DNA of 64,000 bases from Akkermansiaceae bacterium (GTDB taxonomy: Bacteria; Verrucomicrobiota; Verrucomicrobiia; Verrucomicrobiales; Akkermansiaceae). Position 1 is the first letter of the stretch. Each line of letters starts with the position of its first letter. The position numbers and the translations under genes are program-made. Below the pieces are notes generated by a model, which worked only from the letters and a program-made list of their open reading frames with translations, was not told the DNA's origin and did no database searches. The stretch spans positions 4,514 to 68,513 of the forward strand of contig CANHPN010000008.1 of the NCBI GenBank assembly GCA_947462535.1, given 5' to 3'. Shown piece by piece: positions 1 through 9,368 of the stretch.

Positions 1-868
1 TTTCCGGCTGGATCACCCACGCGGGACGTCCGCGTCGCAAGGCCACTGCGCGATGGCCGGAGGCACTTGATTCCAACGCGACGCCGGGAGCTTCAATGCC
101 CATGTGTTCGGTGCGCGGCGTATCGAGGGTGTCCTCGCACTCACCGTTGACGATCATCTCGTCCTTGCCCGGAGCCGCGAGGATTGTTAGCAGATGCTCA
201 TCACTCGCCAATGGCCGCATCTTGCCACCCCCTTCGACCAGTGGCTTGCACGTGACTTTGAGGAGGCAGTGGCCGGGAGGAATGGACGTGGTGTCGAGCT
301 GGTAAACCAGGCGCCAGAAGGGTCCGTCTAGCGGAGGAAACGCCTCGACTGCGGCGAGTTTTCTGCCGTCGGGCAGATGGAGAAACGCTTCAGGTTTCGC
401 CGTGCGATCGACGCCCGGCACGCCCACCCAGATGTCCACGCCGACGGCTACGGTGCCCCAGACACAACTGCCTTCCGAGGGACTGGTGAAACGCGGCCGC
501 ATTTTTTGCAGCAGCGACAAGGGACGCTCGTTGAGGACCTTGAGGCGCAGGCGCGAGCCGCCGGCGCGCAGACTCACCTCGCCGGGCGCAAGTGTGCGGA
601 TGCGGGCAAATCCAGTGGTTTGGCCTTGCAGGAATTCCGGCTGGCGCAGCACTTCGATCACTCCCGGCTTGTCGGATTGGAGGTCCGCAGACGCCGCTTC
701 CCCGGCCGCGTTTGTCGCTCGCACGGGAATCATCACGCTTTCCCCAAGCCGGTATTCGACCGCATCGGTGAAAAACTCCACCTGTAGCGCGAGTCCCACG
801 CCCAGCGATGCCGCCCACGCCGAAACCACGAGGCCCAACCGATCAAAGCTCCCGAGTCTTGTTTGCAT
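1..868 (-). CDS. Secreted/membrane-anchored hypothetical protein, 5' part only (runs off the window edge)
   Basis: Manual translation from ATG at 868 (MQTRLGSFDRLGLVVSAWAASLGVGLALQVEFFTDAVEY...) stays open to position 1. The N-terminus is hydrophobic and signal-like. Absent from the ORF track because it has no stop in the window. Confidence 0.75.
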   Translation of the reverse strand, partial: MQTRLGSFDRLGLVVSAWAASLGVGLALQVEFFTDAVEYRLGESVMIPVRATNAAGEAASADLQSDKPGVIEVLRQPEFLQGQTTGFARIRTLAPGEVSLRAGGSRLRLKVLNERPLSLLQKMRPRFTSPSEGSCVWGTVAVGVDIWVGVPGVDRTAKPEAFLHLPDGRKLAAVEAFPPLDGPFWRLVYQLDTTSIPPGHCLLKVTCKPLVEGGGKMRPLASDEHLLTILAAPGKDEMIVNGECEDTLDTPRTEHMGIEAPGVALESSASGHRAVALRRGRPAWVIQPE

Positions 869-1098
869 CAAACGAACATTACGGCAGATCCGGGCAGGAT
901 CTTTTCAAAAATTTGCAGAGGCTCTTGGAAGCCGCGCTTCCGCCAACACCAGGCGACCAAATCAGTGGCATCGGCACGCTTTGGATCGCTGCATCGGACA
1001 ACAGCAACGGCGAAGTCAGACTCCAAAACACGTCCAACAACCACACCGGTCCGATTCGTGTCAGTGAGGGTGGCCAATGACGGCAACCTGATCGTCTC

Positions 1099-1416
1099 GT
1101 GTCTTGCGGACGGCTCCGGTCCCATCGAATTCGGTGGCACCACCAGTTCTGGAAACCTGACGATTGCAGAAAACTGCTGGTGGTTTGCGACCGGGTTTTC
1201 ATCGTCGGCGGTGCGGGTGAATCTTCCTGCGAGGCCTTGGTGGAAACCGTGCTGCGGCGGGGGAAGCCGGCTCTTGTGGTGGCGACGCCGGCAGAGCTGG
1301 AGGCGGCGGAGATCCGGGGCGGAGAGAAAATTGCGCTCACCGCCGGGGCGTTCGCCACGGACGAGGCGATCCGCGAGGTGGCGCGGGGGTGTTGGGGTTG
1401 TGTTAGAATTTGTTAA
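1099..1416 (+). pseudogene. C-terminal remnant of a degenerate IspH/LytB-like protein
   Basis: LLVVCDRVFIVGGAGESSCEALVE...RGKPALVV...IALTAGAFATDEAIREVAR follows the IspH C-terminal pattern (VLVVGSKNSSNSNRLAE...GKRAFLI...VGVTAGASAPD). Only about 85 aa match; in-frame TGA at 1078-1080 upstream and no IspH N-terminus. Confidence 0.6.
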
Positions 1417-1520
1417 GCAAGCTGCCTCGGGCCGGGTTTCGCCACGTTCGAAACGCGTATCCCGTCAGCGGTGGTGGCTGGAGGTTACGCCGCGCTAGAA
1501 CTCATCCCGGTTTCCTGAAA

Positions 1521-2237
1521 TCATGAAGCCGCAGTTGCCGATAGATTCTCGCTGCCAGCAATTCCTTGCAGCTTCTCCGCGAAGCGCAGTCTCAGCATCA
1601 GGCCACGCAGCTCGGAGAGACCTCGCATCCGGCCGATGCAGGAATAGCCGGGGGTGCTTCCCGCGGGCTTCGGCAGGTCGTCCATCATCGTGTGACCGTA
1701 GTCGGGGCGAAGCGGGATCTGCCAATCGCCACGCCCTTCCGCGCGGCGACGGTCTTGTTCATCGAGCAGGTTCCTGACGACGGCGGGCATGTCCACGGAG
1801 CCGGCGAGGTGGTCGGCTTCGTAAAACGATCCGTCCGGCAGTCGTTGCGTGCTGCGGAGGTGGGTGGCGTGGATGCGCGGCGCGAATTCCCTAACCATCT
1901 CTGGCAGGTCGTTGTCCGCCCGCGCGCTGAACGAGCCGGTGCAGAAGCACAGGCCGTTCGCCGGGCTGACGGCCATTCCGAAAATCGCCTCGATGTCGCG
2001 CGCCTGCGAGACGATGCGCGGCAGGCCGAGCACGTCGGCGACGGGGCCGATGCATTGGGCGCCCGGGGTGGTGGCGCGGCACTTGGCGAGCGCGGCGTCG
2101 AGTTTTTCCTGGCTGCGTCCGAGGTAGGCGATGCGCGCGCCCTAGGCTGCCAGATAGTCGGCGGCGGAGCCTGCGAGGGCACCGGTGGCTCCGGTGATGA
2201 CGAATACGCGGTCGGTGAGGTCGAAGAGGTTTTCCAT
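1521..2237 (-). pseudogene. uxuA: Chimeric pseudogene: SDR oxidoreductase (UxuB-like) N-terminus fused in frame to the mannonate dehydratase (UxuA) C-terminal half
   Basis: From ATG 2237: MENLFDLTDRVFVITGATGALAGSAADYLAA*GARIAYLGRS...PVADVL, then directly GLPRIVS...GLCFCTGS...HLRST...RPDYGH...PGYSCIGR (UxuA motifs). Nonsense TAG at 2144-2142. Confidence 0.85.
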
Positions 2238-2321
2238 GGATGTGGAGTGTGGTTTGCGAATGGGCGGTTATGAGAAGAGTTTAAATTTCCGGGAGCGATT
2301 TTTTTGAAAACGACGTCGGTA

Positions 2322-3707
2322 TCAAGCCAGTGCCGCTAACAATTTCTCGTGGATGCCGCCGAAGCCGCCGTTGCTGAGGACTGCGATGATATCGCCGGGC
2401 TCGGCGGTTTCCGTGACTTTGGCGATGATGGATTCGAGGTTGGGCAAATAGAAGCCCCGGCCGCCGAGGCGGGCGATGTCGGCGGAGAGTTGGTCGGGAT
2501 CGAGCCGGTCGTTTTCCGGGATTTTGTGGAGGTCCGGGATGGCGGCGACGACTGCGAAATCGGCGGCGGCGAGGGCTTCTGCCAGCTCGGTTTGAAAGAC
2601 GGCGCGACGGGTGGTGTTAGAGCGTGGTTCGAACAGGATCCACAGCCGCGAGTCCGGGTGGCGCTGGCGCAGGCTCTGCACGGCGAGGCGGATGGCGGTG
2701 GGGTGGTGCGCGAAGTCGTCGATGACCTTGATGCCACGGACCTCGCCACGGAGTTCCTGGCGGCGGGCGACGCCGTCGAAGGATTCGAGCCCGGCGCGGA
2801 TTTCATCCGGCGTGAGTCCGGCGAAGGTGGCGGCGGCGATGGCCATGGCGGCGTTGCGCACGTTGAACTCGCCGGTCATGCCGGTGGAGTAGGGGACGCC
2901 ACCGAGGGTGAAGGAGCTGCGGTCGGGCTGGTAGCTGACGTTTTCGATGCGCAGCGCGCAATTTTCGCCGAAGCCGATGGTGCTGACGGGGCAGGGCGCG
3001 CCCTTCGCGACGTCGAGGCAGTTTTGTTCGTCGCCATTGATGAGGGCGACGCCGCGGCGGGGCACGATGTTGAGGAGGCGGCGGAAGGTGAGTTTGATTT
3101 CGTCGAGGTTGTTATAGATGTCGGCGTGGTCGAACTCGACGTTGTTCACCACCACGCACTCGGGCAGGTAGTGGAGGAATTTCGAGCGCTTGTCGAAGAA
3201 GGCGGTGTCGTATTCGTCGCCCTCGAGCACGTTGAATTCCGAGTCGGTGAAATGCGCGCCGTGTCCGAGGTTTTTCGGCAGTCCGCCGATCATGTAGCCG
3301 GGATCGCGGCCGGCGTTTTTGAGAATCCACGCCAGCATCGAGGAGGTGGTGGTCTTGCCGTGCGTGCCGGAGACGACGAAGTTGCGTTTGCCGCGCAGGA
3401 AGAACTCCTTCATCACCTCGGGCAGGGAATGATAGAGCAGCTTGCGGTCGAGCGCGGCCTCGGCCTCGGGATTGCCGCGGGAAATGGCGTTGCCGATGAT
3501 GACGACGTCGGTGTCGGCGGGGATGTTTTCCTCGGCGTAGCCTTCGGTAAGGGTGATGCCTTGGCCGCGGAGGAAGTCGGACATCGGCGGATAGACGTTG
3601 GCGTCGGAGCCGGTGACGGTGAAGCCGCGTTGTTTCATCGCGGCGGCGACGGCTCCCATGGCCGTGCCACAGATCCCTGTGAAGTGAAAATGGTTCTTGT
3701 CGGACAT
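2322..3707 (-). CDS. mpl: UDP-MurNAc:L-Ala-gamma-D-Glu-meso-DAP ligase (murein peptide ligase)
   Basis: GICGTAMG, SGTHGKTTTSSM, EGDEYDTAFFDKRSKFLHY, DDFAHHPTAI, FEPRSNT motifs. Confidence 0.92.
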   Translation of the reverse strand: MSDKNHFHFTGICGTAMGAVAAAMKQRGFTVTGSDANVYPPMSDFLRGQGITLTEGYAEENIPADTDVVIIGNAISRGNPEAEAALDRKLLYHSLPEVMKEFFLRGKRNFVVSGTHGKTTTSSMLAWILKNAGRDPGYMIGGLPKNLGHGAHFTDSEFNVLEGDEYDTAFFDKRSKFLHYLPECVVVNNVEFDHADIYNNLDEIKLTFRRLLNIVPRRGVALINGDEQNCLDVAKGAPCPVSTIGFGENCALRIENVSYQPDRSSFTLGGVPYSTGMTGEFNVRNAAMAIAAATFAGLTPDEIRAGLESFDGVARRQELRGEVRGIKVIDDFAHHPTAIRLAVQSLRQRHPDSRLWILFEPRSNTTRRAVFQTELAEALAAADFAVVAAIPDLHKIPENDRLDPDQLSADIARLGGRGFYLPNLESIIAKVTETAEPGDIIAVLSNGGFGGIHEKLLAALA

Positions 3708-3772
3708 CGAAGGGCGCGAGGCTATGCAGCGGAATCCGGCCTGCCAATCAGGAATAGCGGGTCGTAGAAGAG

Positions 3773-3799
3773 ATGGGTCGTATGGGGCTTATGGGACCG
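3773..3799 (+). repeat. Three degenerate 9-bp units (ATGGGtcgt/ATGGGgctt/ATGGGaccg)
   Basis: Seen directly in the intergenic gap. Confidence 0.4.
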
Positions 3800-3804
3800 A
3801 TTTC

Positions 3805-4686
3805 TCAGAAAGTCGGAGCCGCGACGGTGGCGTTTTCCCGCTCCTCGCTTCTGCGGCGGAGGATGCGGTCGGCGGTCTCGGTGACCATTTCCTGGAGCAG
3901 CAGCCAGAGGTGCGAGCCTTGGCGGTAGTCGGCGGGGGCGATGTGTTTGACGCGGCCGGCGTGGGTGGAGAGTTGGAAACATTTCCGGAAGGAACGGCCG
4001 GTGGCGTCCTCGGGATTGTAAACGGCGATGGCCTGGCCGCCGTTTCTCGCCATCACGGTGAAGCAGGGGACGTCGGTCGGGCCGTCGCCGACATAGACCA
4101 TGTTTTCAAAGGGAATCGGGCGCTGTTCGGCGGGCATGTGGTCGTTCACGTCCTGGTCGTAGCCGAGCATACCTTTGTTGATGCGGAAGAGATACTGCGT
4201 CTTGGTGGTGTGGGAAATGACGCGCTTGGGGAAGCTGATGCCGCCCTTGGAATCCTCGCCGAACTCGCAGCCGAACATCGCTTTGACGAAGGGCTGCAGG
4301 CGCGAGCCGTCGAGCAGGGCCTTGAGCCCGGAGGAGATGATGTAGTGCTCGACCTTGATGCCGGCGGCTTCGTGGTCGGGGCGGAGGGCGGCTTTCGGCA
4401 GGGCTTCGAAAAGCTCGGGCAGGCCGGGGAAAAACCGCAGGCCGGCACCGAGCTCGGTGAGGCGGGCGTTGCTGACGTTGTCCATGCCAAGGTAGTCGAG
4501 CAGGCACTTCAGGTAGGCGAGCTCGCCGTCCCATTTCTCGTCATGGACGAGGGCGTTGCACTTTTTCCAGAACTGCGCGGGATCGATCCCGAACTCGGGG
4601 AACAACACGTCGTCCTGCATGTAGCGGGGACTGAGCGTCTGGTCGTAGTCGTAAACCAGCGCGATGGTGTTTTGGGGAGCGGCCAT
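3805..4686 (-). CDS. HAD-superfamily hydrolase
   Basis: [10 protein letters not shown] (motif I DxD), IISSG (motif II), YVGDGPTD (motif IV). Start taken at ATG 4686. Confidence 0.85.
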   Translation of the reverse strand: MAAPQNTIALVYDYDQTLSPRYMQDDVLFPEFGIDPAQFWKKCNALVHDEKWDGELAYLKCLLDYLGMDNVSNARLTELGAGLRFFPGLPELFEALPKAALRPDHEAAGIKVEHYIISSGLKALLDGSRLQPFVKAMFGCEFGEDSKGGISFPKRVISHTTKTQYLFRINKGMLGYDQDVNDHMPAEQRPIPFENMVYVGDGPTDVPCFTVMARNGGQAIAVYNPEDATGRSFRKCFQLSTHAGRVKHIAPADYRQGSHLWLLLQEMVTETADRILRRRSEERENATVAAPTF

Positions 4687-4740
4687 TGGAGATGACGGAG
4701 GCTTGCAACGGCGGGCCTCCGCGACAAGGCGCAAATCCGG

Positions 4741-6477
4741 TCAGGGCGCTTCCTCGGGAGCCAGGAAGGATTTCTGGCAGAGCTCGGCGTATTTCCCGCC
4801 TTGGGCGAGGAGGGTGGCGTGGGTGCCCTGTTCGATGACCTCGCCTTTTTCCAGCACGTAGATGCGGTCGGCGTTCTGGATGGTGGAAAGCCGGTGGGCG
4901 ATGACGAAGGCGGTGCGGTTCTCCATCAGGCGGTCGAGGGCGTCTTGGATCTGGCGCTCGGTCTCGGAATCGACCGACGCGGTGGCCTCGTCCAATAACA
5001 GGATTGGAGCGTTCTTGAGCAGGGCGCGGGCGATCGAGAGGCGCTGCTTCTCGCCGCCGGAAAGTTTCACGCCGCGCTCGCCGACGTTGGTGTCGAGCTG
5101 CTCGGGGAGCTCCCTGACGAAGCGGTCGGCGTGGGCGGCTTCCAAGGCGGTCCAGAGATCGGCGTCGGAGGCGTCGCGTTTGGCAAGCTGGAGGTTTTCG
5201 CGGACGGTGCCGTTGAATAGGAACGGCTCCTGGGTGACGTAGGCGAGGCGGCCTCGCAGCGAGGATTTCGCAAGCGTGCCGATGTCAATCCCGTCGATGG
5301 TGATTTCGCCGGAGGTCGCTTCATAAAAGCGAGCCAGCAGGGACAGCATCGTGGTTTTTCCCGCTCCGGTCGAGCCGACCAGCGCGATGGTCTGGCCGGG
5401 TTGGGCGTCGAGCGTGACGCCGTGCAGCGTCGGTTGATCCTGATAGGCGAAGGTGACGTTTTCGAAACGCACGTGGCCCGCGATTTCTGCGGGGAGCTCG
5501 GTGCCGCGGGTGGAGTTGGGTTCCTCCTCGGCGTCCAGGATGTCGAACACCCGGTCCGCCGCCGCGCGACCTGACAGGATCATCTGATTGAGCGAGTTCA
5601 GGCGGTCGATCGGCTCGTAAAACAGCGAGAGGAACAGCAAGAATTTCGTGAAATCCCCGATGGTGAGCTCGCCTTTCATCACCGCGCCGCCGCCGAAGGC
5701 GAGGACCAGCACGTAGCCGGTCATCCGCAGGAACGACATGCCCGGTGAGTAAATCGCCCACCATTTCATCATCCGCAGCGTGGCGATTCGCAGCAGGTTT
5801 GAAAACTGGTTGAAGCGGGAATGCTCGGCGGACTCCGCCGCGTAGGCCTTGATCTGGCGCACGCCGGAAATGTTGTCGTGGAGCAGGGCGTTCAAATCGG
5901 AAGCGGCGTCGCGCTGGTTCCGGTAACGATCGCGGCCCTGGGTCGAATAGATCCACGCGCCCACCACCAGAAACGGCACCGGCAGCGTGGCCCACGCCGC
6001 CACGGTGGGATTCAGGAAAAACAGGAAAATCCCGATGCCAAGCACTTGCAGCGCGGCGATCAACCCCTGCTCGATGCCGTCGATGAGCACCCGCTCCATG
6101 TTGGTCACGTCCTCGACTACCCGCGTCATGATGTCGCCGGTCCGGCGCGTGTCGAACCACTGAAGTGGAAGGCGCTGGATTTTCTCATAAAGATCCGAGC
6201 GGATGTCGAAGATGACCTTCTGCTCGAAAATGTTATTGATGAAAATCCGGACCGCATTGAGCCCGTCCTTCGTCAAGAAACCGAGCAAGGCGACGACGAT
6301 CCAAAAAGAAAATTCATGATGGCGCGCGGGATTGGGGATGATTTTGTCGATCACGAAACCCGTCGCGTTCGGGAACACGAACACCGCCAGGGTCATGCCG
6401 ACCGCGCAGAAAAGCTGGGCGGCCGCTAGGCCCGGGTAGAGGCGCAGGTATGAAAAAACGCGGAGAATCGACTTCAT
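4741..6477 (-). CDS. ABC exporter, fused TMD + NBD (MsbA/MdlA-like)
   Basis: N-terminal TM helices, GSTGAGKT, LSGGEKQR, LLLDEATASVD, IAHRLST. Confidence 0.95.
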   Translation of the reverse strand: MKSILRVFSYLRLYPGLAAAQLFCAVGMTLAVFVFPNATGFVIDKIIPNPARHHEFSFWIVVALLGFLTKDGLNAVRIFINNIFEQKVIFDIRSDLYEKIQRLPLQWFDTRRTGDIMTRVVEDVTNMERVLIDGIEQGLIAALQVLGIGIFLFFLNPTVAAWATLPVPFLVVGAWIYSTQGRDRYRNQRDAASDLNALLHDNISGVRQIKAYAAESAEHSRFNQFSNLLRIATLRMMKWWAIYSPGMSFLRMTGYVLVLAFGGGAVMKGELTIGDFTKFLLFLSLFYEPIDRLNSLNQMILSGRAAADRVFDILDAEEEPNSTRGTELPAEIAGHVRFENVTFAYQDQPTLHGVTLDAQPGQTIALVGSTGAGKTTMLSLLARFYEATSGEITIDGIDIGTLAKSSLRGRLAYVTQEPFLFNGTVRENLQLAKRDASDADLWTALEAAHADRFVRELPEQLDTNVGERGVKLSGGEKQRLSIARALLKNAPILLLDEATASVDSETERQIQDALDRLMENRTAFVIAHRLSTIQNADRIYVLEKGEVIEQGTHATLLAQGGKYAELCQKSFLAPEEAP

Positions 6478-6631
6478 GGGAACCCACGAGCGATGCCCGC
6501 GCGTGAGTGCTTTGTAAAGCCAAGGTCGAGTGAAGTTTGAAAGTCTTTGAAATTTGGGGTTGCGGAGCCCAATTCCGTCTTCCTAATGTTCCCGCGCACA
6601 AGGAATTGACTGCTTACTACAAAAAAACCCC

Positions 6632-7423
6632 ATGTCCAAAGTCTTCGGAATTCTCACCGCTATCGTCCTCGCCCTCGCGGCTGTCGTGTCTTCTAAAAAC
6701 AAGGAGGAATTCGAGTCGCGCAAAGTAGCAACTCAGAACGAAAAGGATCTCCTCACCAAAAGCGAGGCTCGCCTCAAGGCGGCCAAGGAAGTCCTTGAAG
6801 CCTTGCCCATCGAAATCGCTGGCGTGGATGCGGATATCGAAAAGTTGACCGCCACCGAAGCGCCCAAACAAAAATCCAATGACGCCACCAAGGCGCAGAT
6901 CGACGCCGCCACCGCCAAGATCGCTGCAAACAAGGAGAAGCTCGATGGCATCCGTGACAAGACTTCCAAAATGGGAGATTTGAAGGAACTCTCCTCCAAG
7001 ATGCGCGCGACCAGCAGCGAGCTCGAGGAATTGGCCCAGTCCATCACCGCCAGCGAGGCCAAACTCTCCGACCTCACCGCCCGGGATACCGCGCTGAAAG
7101 CCGACATCGTAGGAACCAAATTCAAAGTCGATACTTTCGCCACCGGCCAGTCGCTTCCTTCCCTGAAAACCCGCATCCGCTCCATCTATCCGAACTGGGG
7201 CTTCGTCACCCTGGCCTCCGGCAACAACGTCGGCGTGATGACCAACTCGACCCTCGATGTCGTCCGCGACGGTGAGACCATTGCCAAGCTTCTGGTCACC
7301 GCCGTCGAGGCCGGTTCTTCATCCGCCAGCATCTTGCCGGATTCGCTCGCGCCGGACGTCACTCTCCAGGTCGGTGATCGCGTGATACCCGGTCAAGCGG
7401 CTGGAAAAGCCGCCAGCAACTGA
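6632..7423 (+). CDS. Membrane-anchored coiled-coil protein with C-terminal beta domain (paralog 1)
   Basis: N-terminal TM helix, long heptad-like K/E/A-rich region, C-terminal WGFV...GxN.G...LDVVRDG...LQVGDRV. Confidence 0.8.
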   Translation: MSKVFGILTAIVLALAAVVSSKNKEEFESRKVATQNEKDLLTKSEARLKAAKEVLEALPIEIAGVDADIEKLTATEAPKQKSNDATKAQIDAATAKIAANKEKLDGIRDKTSKMGDLKELSSKMRATSSELEELAQSITASEAKLSDLTARDTALKADIVGTKFKVDTFATGQSLPSLKTRIRSIYPNWGFVTLASGNNVGVMTNSTLDVVRDGETIAKLLVTAVEAGSSSASILPDSLAPDVTLQVGDRVIPGQAAGKAASN

Positions 7424-7461
7424 GCCCCGGAATTTTTCAAACTCCCTTTTAAGGACATCCC

Positions 7462-8271
7462 ATGAAACCCATTCTTTACTCTGTCGTCATCCTCGTCGCC
7501 TCTGGTGCGGCAGCCTTCTCCTATATTCAATACGAGGAATTTGTCGCTCTGGAAAAAGATCGGACTGAGACGATTGCCTCCAAAGAGCAGATCATCGCCG
7601 ATGCGGACGTTGCCGACAAAGACATCAAGGATGAGAAAAAGAAGCTCGCGACCTCCCAGGAAAAGCTCGAGGTGCTCACTCAGGCCGTGTCTTCTCTCAA
7701 GTCCACCGGAAACTCGCTCGCGAACGATCTCGCCAAATTGCAGGAAGATATCAAAAGCCAAGATGATGAGTTTGCCCAGCTCAACAAAGCCCTCGAGGAG
7801 GTCAACAACATTCTCGCAGATCTCGGCGGTGGCGTGACTCTCGATACATTACCGGAGAAAATCCTAGAGATTGAAGACGACAAGAAGGCCAAGCAGACGA
7901 AGCTTGAGGAACTCGGTGTCCTTTTGGAAGGTGCTGAAAAAAGCGTCACCACCAGCCGCGCGGAATCGGATCGCCTCGTCAATCGCCTGATCGATCGCAA
8001 CTCCCGCATCAGTCGCAATGCCATGGGCGCGGTCGTCACCGCAGTGAACCAGGATTGGGGATTCCTCGTCATCGGTGCCGGTTCGAATTCCGGCTTCGCT
8101 CCGCAAACCCCGCTCTTGGTCGAGCGCGACGGAAGGGTGATCGGCCGGGTGCGTCCGTCGGCCATCGAGGCGACCCAGACCATCGCAGAGATCGACCTTG
8201 AGAGCCTCTCTTCGGGCGTGCGTCTCCAGCCCGGTGACCGGGTGATCCTCGCCCAGCCGGTGACCAACTGA
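7462..8271 (+). CDS. Membrane-anchored coiled-coil protein with C-terminal beta domain (paralog 2)
   Basis: Same architecture; WGFLVIGAGSNSG...LLVERDG...LQPGDRV. Confidence 0.8.
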   Translation: MKPILYSVVILVASGAAAFSYIQYEEFVALEKDRTETIASKEQIIADADVADKDIKDEKKKLATSQEKLEVLTQAVSSLKSTGNSLANDLAKLQEDIKSQDDEFAQLNKALEEVNNILADLGGGVTLDTLPEKILEIEDDKKAKQTKLEELGVLLEGAEKSVTTSRAESDRLVNRLIDRNSRISRNAMGAVVTAVNQDWGFLVIGAGSNSGFAPQTPLLVERDGRVIGRVRPSAIEATQTIAEIDLESLSSGVRLQPGDRVILAQPVTN

Positions 8272-8288
8272 TTCAACTATTTATTCCC

Positions 8289-8326
8289 AAAAGCTCCGCA
8301 GGCTTGCATGCTGCGGGGCTTTTTTT
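8289..8326 (+). terminator. Rho-independent terminator
   Basis: aaaagctccgcag-gcttgcatg-ctgcggggct followed by a T tract. Confidence 0.75.
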
Positions 8327-8336
8327 ATGTTCGGGC

Positions 8337-8528
8337 ATGAAACGTAATTTCTGCCTGTTCCTCCTCGTCCTTTCCGCCGGCTTCGGCTTTACCTCCTGCG
8401 CCGAAGAGCCCGTCAAGAGGCCGGTGGGCCCGGTCTCCGAGACCAGCAAAATCCCGTGGAACAGCCCGGTGGCCGGTCAAGGTCAGGGCCAGTTCGGCAT
8501 GATGCCGCAGAACCAATACCGCCGCTGA
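8337..8528 (+). CDS. Small lipoprotein
   Basis: MKRNFCLFLLVLSAGFGFTSC lipobox-like signal. Confidence 0.7.
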   Translation: MKRNFCLFLLVLSAGFGFTSCAEEPVKRPVGPVSETSKIPWNSPVAGQGQGQFGMMPQNQYRR

Positions 8529-8541
8529 GTTTCCCGGCGGA

Positions 8542-8985
8542 TCAATCCCGGTGATAGGGCGATCCGCTTTTCAGCGACGCCACCCGGTAGAGCTGCTCTA
8601 GCAGCACCAGCAGCGCCAGCTCGTGCTGCAAGGTGAAAGGGGAAAGCGTGAGGATCAGGTCGCACTTCGCGCGCAGCTCCTCGTTGTGTCCGTCCGCCGC
8701 GCCGATGAGGAACGCCACGGTCTTGACGTCGCCGCGCATCTCTAACGATTCAAGCTTGTCGGCGAACCTGCGGGTGGTCAGGCACTCGCCGCGCTCATCC
8801 AGGGCGATCCGAAAGCAGCCCTGCGAACGCTCTAGCAAGCGTTCCGAAACCTCGTCACGGCTGCCCGCCTTGATCACGACCAACTCGTGCCCGCCGCCGC
8901 GCGACAGACGTTTCAAATACTCTTCCACTCCCGCCTTGGCATAAGCAAGCGCGGGTTTTCCGGCGACGATGAGACGAATTTGCAT
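8542..8985 (-). CDS. rlmH: 23S rRNA (pseudouridine1915-N3)-methyltransferase
   Basis: IALDERG, FLIGAADG, TLQHELALLVLLEQLYR, GSPYHR. Confidence 0.93.
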   Translation of the reverse strand: MQIRLIVAGKPALAYAKAGVEEYLKRLSRGGGHELVVIKAGSRDEVSERLLERSQGCFRIALDERGECLTTRRFADKLESLEMRGDVKTVAFLIGAADGHNEELRAKCDLILTLSPFTLQHELALLVLLEQLYRVASLKSGSPYHRD

Positions 8986-9035
8986 GCGGTGCTTCAAAGC
9001 TTGCCCGATCCCCGCCGCCGCGCCAGCCTCAATCC

Positions 9036-9368
9036 ATGATGAAGCTCTTGATTGTGCCGTTGATTTTCTCCGTCGCCGCCTGTGCCAGCGGCCCCGGACC
9101 TGTTACTCCTGAAAACCTGACCGAACGTCAGATGCTGGGACTGCTCGAAAAATTCGATCGTTGGGACGATGATGGCGATGGTGAGTTGACCGCGAAAGAG
9201 GTGGACCACGGCATCAATCGCTTCAAGGGCACGCCGATGAAGGTCCATTACACCGGCAAGCAGGTTGTCGATTTCTATGACACCGACCACAGCGGCACCG
9301 TCTCGCTGCGGGAAGCGCAGGCCGGCTATCACCGCGCGGACGAGGTGGAGGGGCGGCTTGCGCGATGA
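9036..9368 (+). CDS. EF-hand domain lipoprotein
   Basis: Lipobox SVAAC; two EF loops DDDGDGELTAKE and DTDHSGTVSLRE. Confidence 0.8.
   Translation: MMKLLIVPLIFSVAACASGPGPVTPENLTERQMLGLLEKFDRWDDDGDGELTAKEVDHGINRFKGTPMKVHYTGKQVVDFYDTDHSGTVSLREAQAGYHRADEVEGRLAR

Noticed and set aside
868-1143. 91-aa minus-strand ORF whose TGA overlaps the ATG at 868
   Set aside because: No recognisable motif and competing ORFs in other frames; cannot decide without a search
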